A stretch of DNA of 51,854 bases from Octopus sinensis (taxonomy: Eukaryota): NCBI RefSeq assembly GCF_006345805.1, contig NW_021834144.1:1-51854 (forward strand), given 5' to 3'. Within the stretch, counting starts at the first letter, position 1; each line of letters opens with the position of its first letter. Positions 26,086-38,742 of this stretch are shown one piece after another. The notes below the pieces were generated by a model. It had not been told where the DNA came from, searched no databases, and worked only from the letters and a program-made list of their open reading frames with translations. Position numbers and translations under genes: made by a program.

Positions 26086-26086
<1 letters not shown>

Positions 26087-26760
26087 GGTGGTGAGCTAGA
26101 AGAATTGTTACAGTGCCAGGCAAAATGCTTAGCAGCATTCCATCTGTCTTTACATTCTGCGTTCAAAAGCCGCCAAGGTGGACTTTGCCTTTCATCTTTG
26201 CAGGGTCGATAAATTAAGTACCAGTGAAACACTGGGGGTCGATGTAGTCAACTAGTCCCCTCCCCCAAAATTTCAGGCCTTGTAATTTAAGTAGAAAGGA
26301 TTATTATTATTATCATTAGGCAGTGAGCTAGCAGAATTGTTAGCATGCCGGGCAAAAAGCTTAGTGGCATGTTGTTTATCATTACGTTCTGAGTTCAAAT
26401 GCTACCAAGGTCGACTTTACCTTTCATCCTTTCAAAGTCAATAAAATAAGTACCAGTTGACTACTGGGGTCGATGTAATCAACTAGTCCCTTCCCATCAA
26501 ATTTCAGACCTTGTGCCTATAGTAGAAAGGATTATTATTATTATTATCATCATTATTATAGCTAAAGCAGAATCGTTAGCATGCTTAGGGACATTTCATC
26601 TGTCTTCACAACGTGAGTTCAAATTTTACCTAGGTCATCTTTGCCTTTCATCCTTTCAGGGCCGGTGAAATAAGTACCAGTTGATCCCTGGAGTCAATGT
26701 AATCGACTTACACCGCCCTGAAATATACTGGTCTTGTGCTCGCATTTGAAACCATTATTG
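26086..26760 (+). mobile_element. Three head-to-tail family B SINEs separated by (ATT)n
   Basis: Repeated GAGCTAGCAGAAT...GTTCAAA...GCCTTTCATCCTTT...AAGTACCAG...AGTAGAAAGG(ATT)n. Confidence 0.85.
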
Positions 26761-26870
26761 CTTTAGATTTATAATAAAGAAAAGCTAGATATAGGAATAT
26801 TGCTATACTTAGGGGTGGTCATATTTTGCCAATTAAATACCTGCACTACATAGTTGGTCTTCACTTCAGC

Positions 26871-26908
<38 letters not shown>

Positions 26909-27319
26909 CTTAGTGTCCTCATCAGTGACTATTTCATGTATCTCCTCTTGTTCTGCTTATTCCATTTTGTCTTTCCGCGCGTGTGTGTGTGTGTGTGTGT
27001 GTGTAAACATAAATAGAGACAGTTTTGTATTTGAATTAGGGATGAAACAAAATAGGTCAAGACAAAATCGTTTATAACTATAAGAGTAAGGAATTTTAAG
27101 GAGTTAAGAACCCCTTCAGTCATGAATGACTAAGGGATTGCACCTACGAAGTTCACCTCCCTGGCACAAGTCTGGGCAAGGTTGTTTGTGGAAGACCAGC
27201 AGTCAGTCACCCATGCATACCAGTCACTCCTCTCCACGCCATCAATGTCATCTAAGGGAAAGGCACCAGTGATGTTGCAACTCATTTCTACAGCTGAGTA
27301 GACTGAAGAACACAACACA

Positions 27320-27550
27320 CAGCCCAGTCTGGGAATTTTGTGCTTGCGTGGTACCGATGCTGCACATGCCGCCCATATTGAATTCAGAATGTTCTGAAGT
27401 ATAGTGTTCACATCTCCAGAGGCATAAAATTCGAGCCAGTTTGGGCGTCGCAGCTCAGTACAATAAGAGCTCCAGTCTGCTTTATTCCAGTCAAAGCGGG
27501 CAGTTTGAAGATGGTTGTAGTTTTTGTTACAACCAATCAGAGGGAACTCA
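27320..27550 (-). mobile_element. CR1/L2/Jockey-type LINE ORF2 fragment (APE-RT tether) inside a family D SINE
   Basis: Peptide RFDWNKADWSSYCTELRRPNW...DVNTILQNILNSIWAACAASVP. Confidence 0.65.
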
Positions 27551-27863
27551 CTCACAACTGTAAGCTCAATGCTCTAACTGAGCCATGCACCTTCCAATTG
27601 TAAATGTATATGATACCTCAACAGTATATTAAGGTTATAAGCCATGAATATAGGGAGATAATAAGTGTCTGTACAGGGGTCTTAACACCCAAAAACATGT
27701 TTCAAATAAAAAGAAATTTACAAAAAGCTACCAAAATGAAACATCTTAAAATCTCAATATTGCATCACGTCTACTGTCAGTTAATTGAGAACTATACACC
27801 TTTTTATGAGACATATCATCATCATCATTACTTTGTACTAAGAATGTTTCATCTTCCACTCAC

Positions 27864-27923
27864 TTCAAGTCAGTCTTTGGATATGTTTTATCAAAAATCC
27901 ATCGATCTTTCTTGGAATTTCTT
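27864..27923 (-). CDS. Internal 60-nt exon (RNSKKDRWIFDKTYPKTDL)
   Basis: TTTCAG acceptor (NAGNAG CAG/AAG) and GTGAGT donor. Only the phase 2-2 frame is stop-free. Confidence 0.6.
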
Positions 27924-28267
27924 CTGAAATTTTTAGCACTTCAGAAGTTGTAAAATCTATACATTTATCATTTCGCCCTGTAACTATTCAATAGTGGTGA
28001 GTTTCATGATTGAAAAATCATGGAAAATTGGAAAATATTCATAACATTTAAAATAGTGCAGTTTATAAGCAGACATTTGTATAAACAGGCTTAACTCTGC
28101 ACTGATAACCTATCTTTATCCTGACTGAACAATCTATTTTTAGTTTGACCACATTTTATCATGGAGTCTGCAAATTCCTACTCTATTGGGAATTCAACCA
28201 AACATCAAGCCTGAAATTCTCAGAAACACATCCTGGACAGTTTAAGCCTTAAATTTCTAGATGATAG

Positions 28268-28678
28268 GCGCAGGAGTGGCTGTGTGGTAAGTAGCTTGCT
28301 TACCTACCACATGGTTCCGGGTTCAGTCCCACTGCGTGGAAACTTGGGCAAGTGTCTTCTACTATAGCCTCGGGCCGACCAAAGCCTTGTGAGTGGATTT
28401 GGTAGACGGAAACTGAAAGAAGCCCGTTGTATATATGTATATATATATATATGTATGTGTGTGTATATGTTTGTGTGTCAGTGTTTGTCCACCTAGCATT
28501 GCTTGACAACCGATGCTGGTGTGTTTACGTCCCCGTCACTTAGCGGTTCGGCAAAAGAGACCGATAGAATAAGTACTGGGCTTACAAAGAATAAGTTCCG
28601 GGGTCGATTTGCTCGACTAAAGGTGGTGCTCCAGCATGGCCGCAGTCAAATGACAAACAAGTAAAAGAGTAAAAGAGA
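28268..28678 (+). mobile_element. SINE family A, full length
   Basis: Matches family consensus. Confidence 0.9.
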
Positions 28679-29526
28679 ATGTTAGACTAAGTGAGGACCT
28701 AAGTTATATAAAGTTAAATAACCTAAGTTATATAAAGCTTCAAGGCCTCTCCCTTAAACTTACAGTAGATCTCACAAAAATTTAAATCATCATCAACATC
28801 ATTTTGATGTCCGCTTTTCCATGCTTGGATGGGTTGTACAGCGTTTACTGAGGCAGATTGTCTGTGGCTGGATGCTCTCCTGTTGCCAACCTTCACCTGT
28901 TTCCAAGCAAGGTAGACACACACACACACACCAGTTGTCATGGTGGTGGGGGACAAACTCAAACATACATGTATATATATGATGGGCTTCCATCTACAAA
29001 ATCCACTTAACAGTTTCCATCTACCAAATCTACACACAAGGCTTTGGTCAGCCTGAGGCCAGAGTAGAATACACTTGCCATGCATTGGGACTGAACCCTG
29101 AACCATCTGGTTGAGAAACAAAGCTTCTTAACACACAGCCATACCTGCACCTATGATAATCTGATGCTTTCATATGAAACAACAATAGAGATTAACAAAC
29201 TAACTACATGGCTGTGTGTTCAACTTTCAACAGTCATTGTTCTTCAGCCTTTAAATTGGGGAAATGTTTAAAAACATGAGGATGATAATGTTCAGCAGCT
29301 CACCTCCATACCACTGCTATTATCTCACCAACCTATCACCTTTATCTAGCGCTTAGCAACTTGTAACTGAATATTAACAAGGAAATAATTGAATAAATAA
29401 ATGCATATGCATTAAAATACATCGGTATTGTTACGGCACAGACAGCGTGGTTAGTGCTTAAAAACAGAATTATCAAAGACTGTGGTTATAAGTTACATAA
29501 CACAGAAGCAGCCTTTTGTATCTCAC

Positions 29527-29549
29527 CGAATTTCCATATCCAAACCACA
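29527..29549 (-). CDS. Candidate 23-nt micro-exon of the same gene (CGLDMEI-R)
   Basis: Long polypyrimidine tract ending GTTCTAG and a GTGAGA donor. Phase 0 to 2 bridges the 90-nt and 60-nt exons. Confidence 0.45.
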
Positions 29550-29942
29550 CTAGAACGGACAGATAAAAGATGGGAAAGGAAGGAGCCACGGAGAGATAAC
29601 GAGTGAGTCAATGCATGTATAAAATACATGCTACATCTTTGTTTATCTTTTATATATATCATCATCATCATCATCATTTAACATGTTTTCCTTGCTGGTA
29701 TGGGTTGGATGGTTTGGCAGGAACTGAAAAGGCCAGAATCCACACCAGGTTCCATATTCTGTTTTGGCTTGGTTCCTACAGCTGGGTGCTTTCTTAACAA
29801 TCAACCACTTTACAGTGTACAGAATGCTTTTTACATGGCACCAGCACCAGAGTATTTTACATGGAACCAGCACTTTTTTAATGTGGCACCAACACTTTTT
29901 TATATGGACCAGCACTTTTTTTTACATGGCACTAGCCTTTTT

Positions 29943-30228
29943 ATGTGGCACCAGCACCACTGCTTTTCATGTGGCACCAGCACCACTGCTTTTCATGTGG
30001 CACCAGCACCACTGCTTTTCATGTGGCACCAGCACTATTGCTTTTCATGTGGCACTAGCACAACTGCTTTTCATGTGGCACCAGCACCACTGCTTTTCAT
30101 GTGGCACCAGCACTATTGCTTTTCATGTGGCACTAGCACCACTGCTTTTCATGTGGCACTAGCACAACTGCTTTTCATGTGGCACCAGCACCACTGCTTT
30201 TCATGTGGCACCAGCACTTTTTACATAG
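29943..30228. repeat. 26-bp minisatellite, about 11 units
   Basis: Unit ATGTGGCAC(C/T)AGCAC(C/A/T)A(C/T)TGCTTTTC at 26-bp period, with degenerate units upstream from about 29825. Confidence 0.95.
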
Positions 30229-31099
30229 CACCAGCAACAATGGTTTTTTTATGCAGCACCAATCAGATGTGGTTATACACCACTGGTCAGAATGTGCATC
30301 CTTGCATTGCTATAGCCTTCAAAAGATGCCACCCTGCTGGTTAGGTTGGTAATACAACATTCCCTTAGAACAGGATGTCATTCCATCCCAGGGTACCTAT
30401 TTAAAGCTGAGTGAAATGAGTGTTTAGCTTGAAAATGCAATGCACTACCTGTCTGGAAATTGAAACCATGGTCTTGCAATCACGAGTACAACACCTTAAT
30501 GAGTAAGCAATGTACCTTTATACACACACACACAGACATACACATATATATTTATATTACATACATAGTTGCAAGATGGAAAGATTATATATGTAGTAAA
30601 GGATGCATATTTGTTCTGAAATATTTTGTGTATCTAGCATAGTAGTTATTAACCAAAAACTTAGTAAAATTTAACTAAAGACCAACAATTCTAAAATTCA
30701 GAAGGCATCACTGTGCACCAAAAATTAAAAAAAATAAAAATAAAATAATCATAACAAATTGAGAAATCATGTTGATTTTCCTACAAGCACACTGGATACA
30801 TTTTCCTCAGGCCTTTGAGGTTGTTTACCATTTTTGGTAACAGAAACTTCTACGATGTTCCAACTAAAATTTCGATTCTTTTATTTTTATACTTTTACTA
30901 TTTCAGTCATCAGACCATGGTCATGCTGGGGCACTGCCCTGAATAGTTTTTAGTCAGTCATAATAAACCCAGTACTTATTTCAGTCTGTTGCATATTTTA
31001 TTGATCTCTATTTGTTGGACTGCTAGATAACAGAACATAAAGGAACACAGTATAAACAAAACAGGTTTCGAGCAGCTGAAAGCTGAAACAGATACATAA

Positions 31100-31543
31100 G
31101 AGAGTGGGCTAAAAGGTTCATAGGCTGACTATGAAGGAGTTGATATTAGTGATGTGAAATCTTGTATGCATTAATTTCAACATTTCTTATTAATTGCTGC
31201 ATTGTTTCTTTCCAGGTAAACTCACACCTCACTCTTCAAAGAAAACTTTAAAAGTACCTAGTGGTGACTTTTCCTGAAAATGGGCAAACTTTAGTATCAT
31301 GGTGTTATCAAGCACCCACCTACAGAAAAAGGGTTTAGCCCCCAACGACATTCATATTAACGTTGTTGCTACATTAGGGGATGATGCCCCAGCTTTATCA
31401 ACAGTGCAAAAGCGGGCAGCTGAATTTAGGAGGGGAAGACAGAGTCTTGAAGATGACCCACCAAGGAAAACATTGATTATGCTATGCTCATAACATGGTA
31501 ATGGAAGACAGGTAACTGACTATCAATCAAATAGTCAATGCTG
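31100..31543 (+). mobile_element. Mariner transposon 5' remnant with transposase N-terminal HTH pseudogene
   Basis: LQKKGLAPNDIH...TLGDDAPALSTVQKRAAEFRRGRQSLEDDP, then HNMVMEDR*LTINQI; stops and frameshifts; truncated at (TA)n. Confidence 0.8.
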
Positions 31544-31567
31544 TATATATATATATATATATATATA

Positions 31568-31972
31568 GGAGTGGCTGTGTGGTAAGTAGCTTGCTTACCA
31601 ACCACATGGTTCCGGGTTCAGTCCCACTGCGTGGCATCTTGGGCAAGTGTCTTCTGCTATAGCCCCGGGCCGACCAATGCCTTGTGAGTGGATTTGGTAG
31701 ACGGAAACTGAAAGAAGCCTGTCGTATATATGTGTATATATGTGTGTGTATGTGTGTGTATGTGTTTGTGTGTCTGTGTTTGTCCCCCTAGCATTGCTTG
31801 ACAACCAATGCTGGTGTGTTTACGTCCCTGTCACTTAGTGGTTCGGAAAAGATACCGATAGAATAAGTACTGGGCTTACAAAGAATAAGTCCCGGGGTCG
31901 ATTTGCTCGACTAAAGGCGGTACTCCAGCATGGCCGCAGTCAAATGACTGAAACAAGTAAAAGAGTAAAAGA

Positions 31973-31973
<1 letters not shown>
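31568..31973 (+). mobile_element. SINE family A, full length, in (TA)n
   Basis: Matches family consensus; (TA)n both sides. Confidence 0.9.
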
Positions 31974-32019
<46 letters not shown>

Positions 32020-32054
32020 GTAATGTTCTGTGACAGAAAGATCAACAAAAAAAA

Positions 32055-32435
32055 GTACTCCCTTTTCCCCTTAATATAAAAACTAACATAAGTAAAAGAT
32101 TCCTATTTCTTCTAGACAAACACTTTCCAGCAACTCACAGATACAGGAAAACATTTATTAAATTTTCTGTGAAGTTATCATATAGCTACTGCTCCAGTGT
32201 GAAGAGTATCATTAGACGTGGTCAATACGTAGAACTTAAATCCACCTGTAACTGTCATGACCCAGGGTCCTGTCCATTTGACCCAAAATGTATGATTAAA
32301 TCTGTCATCTATGAGACAGAAGTTATTGCAACACTAAATGATAATACAATAGATAAGAAGGCTTATATTGGATTATGTGAAGGACTATTTGAAAATTGCT
32401 ATGCCAATCACATAGTACAGACATATATATGGTAA
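32055..32435 (+). pseudogene. Penelope-like retroelement fragment: RT-EN linker, Cys cluster and GIY-YIG endonuclease start
   Basis: Open frame PFPLNIKTNISKRFLFLLDKHFP...VKLSYS...CNCHDPGSCPFDPKCMIKSVIY...KAYIGLCEGLFENCYANH. VIY...YIG matches the PLE GIY-YIG motif. Starts just after (TA)n. Confidence 0.85.
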
Positions 32436-32909
32436 ATGAAAGACAGAAGATGGAATATATGAGATTTTTTATAAATCACGACAATTGTTTTGACACATCT
32501 AGCATCGATCCCTTATGGATGGGACACTTAACAACTGGTTCAGCAGCATCCGGCTGAGCGAAAACACCTAAAGCTCCACGAGGCTCCGGCAGGGAAGGGG
32601 GGTGGCGACCCCTGTTGTACTCTTTCGCTCCAACTTTCTCTCACTCTTTCTTCTTGTTTCTTGTCCCCGACTTCCTACGCAACCGCAGAGCCTGGATGCG
32701 CATTCATCCATCCACCGATGCTCTCGGTGTTGGGGGTTTGACCTGCTTTCTCTTCAGCGGGTCTTACGAATAGCAAAAGACCATGTTTCGGACTTCTCCC
32801 ATCTTGCGAGCTCTGGGACGAAGACCGTTCGCTCAACAGCAACAGCAGTGCAGCGGTGTCTCATTGGGTGATAAATAGATACAACTCATATATATATACC
32901 TATATATGA

Positions 32910-33080
32910 ACAGCAGGCTCAAAGTGAATGGAAACAATGGAAGAGAGAGACCAAGAAGAACTTGGGATGAAATGGGGGAAACTGATCTCAAACATATTGC
33001 ATCTCATGGAGGAGGTGATAAAGGAATATGCTGACTGGCGATGTTTTTGGAGAAGATCTGACTGCAGCAGACACAACCAG
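32910..33080 (+). mobile_element. Decayed RTE-type LINE C-terminal fragment
   Basis: GRERPRRTWDEMGETDL resembles the RTE GRPRKTW..D motif. Confidence 0.4.
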
Positions 33081-33443
33081 TAGCCCACGCTTGTCACAAA
33101 ATGCTGGTAGTGACATATATGTTCATACATATATGTTTGAGAATGTGTGAGGTGTGTGTGTAACTGGCACTCTGTTGGTAACTGCAACGAGGGTTCAAGT
33201 TGTTCTGATCAATTGACCTCCCATGTGAGGAGGCGGTCGGGCTTCTTTCAGAGTCAGAAGAGTTGAGCTAGTGCTTGCCTAGGCTTACAACAGTCGCGCC
33301 TTCTCACATACATAATTTGAGAAAGAGGAAGGAGAGAAGGGGAGAGAGCAAGGACATTCTTCAGTGCTAAAAATGTTGGCAAAAATCATATAATCCATAC
33401 TGAAATAGAACAAGTCATTAAAATAAATAAATAAATAAACCAC

Positions 33444-33483
<40 letters not shown>

Positions 33484-33507
33484 ACACACACACATATCTT
33501 CACTCAC

Positions 33508-33597
33508 CGATTCAGATTCTTGGAGCTTCATTTCTAGTCGTTCAACGTTTTCTTCAAGTTGGTTATTTTTTAATGTTGTATCCAACAACTCCGATTC
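33508..33597 (-). CDS. Internal exon of an unidentified coiled-coil protein gene (ESELLDTTLKNNQLEENVERLEMKLQESES)
   Basis: Minus strand: TTTTTACAG acceptor, 90 nt open in phase 0-0, GTGAGT donor. Peptide has heptad-like L/E/K composition. Confidence 0.75.
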
Positions 33598-33794
33598 CTG
33601 TAAAAATTGGAAAGGTAAACAAAGAACATAAGATAAATTCATTTCCAACAATTGAACTTGAAATAGATAAAGCTATAAATAACGGTACATAAATATTGGA
33701 TTAAAATAATCCTTTTGAATAGAAAATGTTGAAGGCTGCTCATGGGAGATAAAGATTTGGTTTTGTTTTGGTTTTCTCTCACCTTAATTCTTGG

Positions 33795-34480
33795 ATTAGA
33801 ACTCAGAATGTAAAGATGGATGAAATACTGCTAAGCATTTTGCCCAGTGTGCTAATGATTCTGCCAGCTCACTACCTTAATAATTATAATAATGGTTTCA
33901 AATTTTGCCACAAGGGCAACCATTTCAGAGGAGAGGACTAGTCAATTACATCGACCCCAGTGCTTCACTGGTACTTAATTTATCAACCCTGAAAGGTTGA
34001 AAGGCAAAAGCAACCTCAGTGGAATTCAAACTCAGACCCTAGCAATAATTGAAATACCACTAATGATTCTTTCTGCTCTAGGTATAAGCCCAAAACTCTG
34101 GGTGAGGGGGACTAGTCAATTACATTGATCCCAGTTTTAAACTGGTACTTAATTTTATAGACCCCTGAAAGAATGAAAGGCAAAGTTGATCTGAACAGAA
34201 TTTGAACTCAGAACGTAAATCCAAAAGAAATGCTGCTAAGCATATTGCCTGACATGCTCTCATGATTCTGCCAGCTTTTACTGTCTTTACATATTGGTTT
34301 CAAATTTTGGCACCACCAATATTAAAAGGATGAAACAAGTTGATTACATTGACCCCAGTGTTCAACTGAGACTTGTTTTATTGATCCTCAAAAGAATGAT
34401 TGGTAAAAATCAACCTTGGCAGAATTTGAATTCAGAATGTTTTCCAGCGAGAGAAAATTCAGCTAAGCATTTTTGCCTAA
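33795..34480 (-). mobile_element. Cluster of about four family B SINE copies
   Basis: Repeated CTGGTACTTAATTT...GAAAGGCAAAG...GAACTCAGA. Confidence 0.8.
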
Positions 34481-36289
34481 ATAATGCCAAAAAATAAAAA
34501 TTAAAATAAAAAACAGTAAGAAAACAATCCCAATCACATATAAAAAAAAAAACATATAGGAATTGATTGTCTTAACTATAAACAACTACAAATAAAAATA
34601 AAGAGGAAAAAACCCAGTAAATTAGCATTAACTAACAAAGCTATTTTCACCAATAACTACTTCAGGATTATATAAAAAGGAAATTCTCTATATCTGACAG
34701 TTTAGAGCGAAACCAAATTAATTAGATACTGAAGCAATAAATCTCTGAAAGTTTTATAGTTTACAAATGAAAAGCTTTTTCTTCCTTTTTTTTTCTTTTT
34801 TGATTTGGCTTTTGTTGTTTGTTTGATATTTCCATTCTGCTGCTGCCATCTACCTATCTAATTGGTGTTTGAATAAGGTTTCATATTTAGATACAGTTCA
34901 GTATGTTAGTAAATTGGTTATTGTCTATTAGCAATAAATTTTTTTTTTTTTTTTTGCCTTGGCAAAAAGCTAAATGTTGTGGAGAGATGAGAAGACACAA
35001 ATCAACCCCAAATGTCGTACTGGTATTCAGTTTTAACAGTCAAGCCTCATGAAATGAAAAGTCTATACCTTTTATTTCCTTTTATTTTTATATTTTTATT
35101 TTTTTAGGCTGTGTGGTAAGAAACCTGCCTCTCAATCATTTGGTTCCAGGTTCAGTCCCACTGTATGGCACCTTTGTCTTCTATTATAGCCTCAGGCCAA
35201 CCAAAGCCTTGTGAATGAATTTAGTAGACAGAAACTGAAAGAAGCCTGTTGTATTATATGTCTGTGTGTCTTTGTGTCCGTCCCTCCACCACTGCTTGAC
35301 AACAGGTGTTGGTGTGTTTATGTCCCTGTACATATTTTGTTTTTATGCAAGGTACTTATTGTATTGGTCTCATTTGTTTTACAGAACCACAGAAATATGG
35401 GGATGTAAAAAAACCCAGCACCAGTTGTCAAGAGATGGAGGAAAGGCATGCACACACACACACACACACACACGCACACACCCACAATGGGCTTCCACAT
35501 AATTTCCATCTACCAAGTTCCCTCACAAGGCATTGATCAAGAAAATGACTCTCCCCAGACACAACAGAAAATTATATATGTTTTTCTTTTTCCCAGTCAA
35601 AGCCGAGCAGAAGTAACAAAACAACATAACAGCCATTAATTTTTCTAGTAAAAAAAAACAACAAAATGGCTGGTACTGACCTCCACAAAAGGATGTAAAG
35701 CATAGTCAACCTTGGCAGGATTTGAACTCTGAACAGGAAGAGCCAGAAGCAATGTTAGTCTGCGTTTTGCTCAATGCACAAACAATTCAAAACAAAAAGT
35801 TCTGATCTTTGATCTTTCAAGCATGTTTGTTGCTGAGAGGAAATAATATTTCGTTGGATCTGTCTCTTGTTAAAACATCAAGTGGTTACCTCAGGATAGA
35901 GATCTAAGACATTAAGTAAAGTAACCCAGTCAGAAAATTTCAAACCATTTCACAACACCACTCATCTAGAAAAGCCCCTAGCCATACGATGATCAAAAGA
36001 AAAATCAACAGGAAACCTAAATTGAAATTGCCTTTGCTTGTAAAGATCTGAAATAGTTGCTTCTCTGTAATGATCTGGACATGAAGAAAAATAAAATAAA
36101 ATTAAAAAAACAAAATGTTTGATTATTCTGCTCTAAGCAATGAAAATCTCAAGTGCTGTTCAGTCAAAGATAATTCTTTGACCTTCAATAGCACCATCCT
36201 AGCTACGCTCTTATATACACGTAAGATGTGGGCTACTATGAAGAGGATAGAACATTGATTGGTTGTGATGCAAAAGACTGTGGAAAATT

Positions 36290-36592
36290 CATGATAAGAA
36301 TATCATTAATGATGTGATTGCAGAGTACCAAAAGCACAAGTCCTGTTGGGCTGGATGTGTCATAAGGTTCACAGACAACAGATGAACCCATGCAGTTGTC
36401 AAGTGGTACCCAAGAGATCAGAAAAGGCTGCTTGGAAGGCCCCACCCCCACAACAATAAGAAGACAATTTAGTCAAGCAATATGGATCAAGTTGGAAAAG
36501 ATTGGCACAAGCAAGACAAAATGACAAGTGCATTGTGACCAGTGGTGTGTAACGATATCTGATGGCCTGGTCGATACTGTGACACTGTGATT
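36290..36592 (+). mobile_element. Decayed RTE LINE 3' end; related minus-strand fragments at 21818-21923 and 30258-30347
   Basis: WYPRDQKRLLGRP...SWKRLAQAR. Shared CATTGTGACCAG...ATCTGAT(A/G)GCCTGGTCG among copies. Confidence 0.55.
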
Positions 36593-37246
36593 GTAGTTGA
36601 CTGACCCCCCAGTCAGCTTCCCTTGAACAAACTTATACCACATCACCTTTCAATTGAAGAATCATTCAATTAAAATTCTCTCACCAGCAACCATGCGATC
36701 TTTACAAAAATCTTAACTAATCTAAGATTTAGAATGCAAAACAGGTCAAGGATATTTTAATCCTTTGCCTGTCCTGTGTATCACATGTGTTCATCATCAT
36801 CATCATCATCATCATTTAACATTTGTTTTCTATCCTTATATGGATTGGGAAGAGCTGGCTGGGCTTCATGTCTGTTTTGCCATGGTTTTTATGGCTGGAT
36901 GTCCATCTTAACCCCAACAGAGAGTACTGGATGCTTCTACGTAGAACTGGCACAAGTGCTATTACATGGCACTGGCATGGTTGCTTTTTACATGGTACCA
37001 GCATCTATGAGTCCGCAGGACATAATTCCTTGACACACATGCATCGTATATGATACACGTTCCCAATTTTTTCAACGACCAGAGTAACTTGGGACTTATG
37101 AAAGAAAAGCTTTATATTACTCAGATTGTATGCAACATCAGGTGACTAAAAGCCTGAAAAGAAACAAGGACATTCAAGACAGGCAAAGTGTCAAAGATTT
37201 TAAGGAATGTGTTGAGTCAGTGAATTGGCAGAATCATTAAAGCACT

Positions 37247-37586
37247 GAGAGCTCCTTATGAGAGCTCAAAATCTCTCGTGGAGGCGCCATCCAACCAAAA
37301 TGCAAATATATGGGAAACTACCACCTGTGTCATCTCTTGTGAAGGGTAGGAGAGTCCAGTTTGCTGGACATTGTTGTAGAGCTGAAAAAGAAGTAATTTC
37401 TACTCTTCTCCTCTGGAAGCCATCTACTCGCAATACCAGAGGGCGCACACTCTCCTACCCTGATGTAATCTCCAGGGATACAGGCATCCAGCAACAGGAC
37501 CTCCGTAATGCCATGATGGACCGTGAAGTCTGGTGTAACATGGTAAATTCCATTGTCTCGACCACGGTCGAACAATGATGATGATG
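37247..37586 (+). mobile_element. 5'-truncated RTE-group LINE inserted in a family B SINE
   Basis: Peptide NLSWRRHPT...RRVQFAGHCCRA...LLLWKP...AMMDREVW; (TGA)n tail; 8-bp TSD AAAGCACT at 37239-46 and 37587-94. Confidence 0.85.
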
Positions 37587-38336
37587 AAAGCACTAAACAA
37601 AATGGTTGCAGAATTTAGTTATGACTTTTTATGTTCTGACATTCAATTCTGCCAAATTCAATATTGCTTTTTATCCTTGCTGGGGAGGGAGTAGGGTTGA
37701 TAAAATACTAGTCAATATTAATCGTTAGCAACTTAATATTCCTATAAAGCATTTAAGATATTAATGGAATTGAATTGGTTTGCCCATGATCAGACCATTG
37801 CAGGACGAAGGCCTCAGCATGTCCCCTCTACCAAACATGGTCTGATGGGAAGGCCATGAATTTAAGCTTGAGATCAACATGGCTTGGCAAAGAGTTGCAC
37901 TTTTATGTTTATACTCCTACCCTGGAGTGGTTAAGTTGATTTCACTGACCCCAATGTTCAACTGGTACTTATCATTCCCGAAAGGATGAAAAGCAAAGTC
38001 AACCCCAGTGGGAATTGAACTCAGAACATAAAGATGGATGAAACACCACTAAACATTTCTAATGCTAATAATTCTGAAAAAAGGATTTAGCTGCTATTTA
38101 GAGCAAATACAAAACTATAAAGTTCTTTGTTTCATTGTTTTTAGGTAGCTTGGTCTGTTCTTCCTGGCTTTAGCTAGTCATAGTGGAAAAGAAAGTACTC
38201 TGTAAAGTGGCTGGTGTTAAGAAAGGCTGAAGAAACCATGTGGTTGCGAAGCAAGTTTCTTACTACACATCCACGCTTCTGAATACACCTTTCTGTTATC
38301 CAACTGTAGGGTTCAAATATCAGGTGAAAGGCTACT

Positions 38337-38742
38337 CTCTCTCTTTTACTTGTTTCAGTCATTTGACTGCGGCCATGCTGGAGCACCGCCTTTAATCGAG
38401 CAACTCGACCCCGGGACTTATTCTTTTGTAAGCCCAGTACTTATTCTATCGGTCTGTTTTGCCGAACCGCTAAGTAACGGGGACGTAAACACACCAGCAT
38501 CAGTTGTCAAGCAATGCTAGGGGGACAAACACAGACACACAAACATGTATATATATATATATATATATATACATATATACGACGGGCTTCTTTCGGTTTC
38601 CGTCTACCAAATCCACTCACAGGGCATTGGTCGGCCCGAGGCTATAGTAGAAGACACTTGCCCAAGGTGCCATGCAGTGGGACTGAACCCGGGACCATGT
38701 GGTTGGTTAGCAAGCTACTTACCACACAGCCACTCCTGCGCC
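38337..38742 (-). mobile_element. SINE family A, full length
   Basis: Reverse complement of consensus. Confidence 0.9.

Noticed and set aside
29700-30344. 214-aa repetitive ORF and CRISPR-like periodicity
   Set aside because: 26-bp tandem minisatellite without unique spacers, in eukaryotic context with no cas genes.
30828-30862. 35-nt minus-strand exon candidate (LEHRRSFCYQK)
   Set aside because: Weak acceptor; creates a stop when joined to the 60-nt exon.
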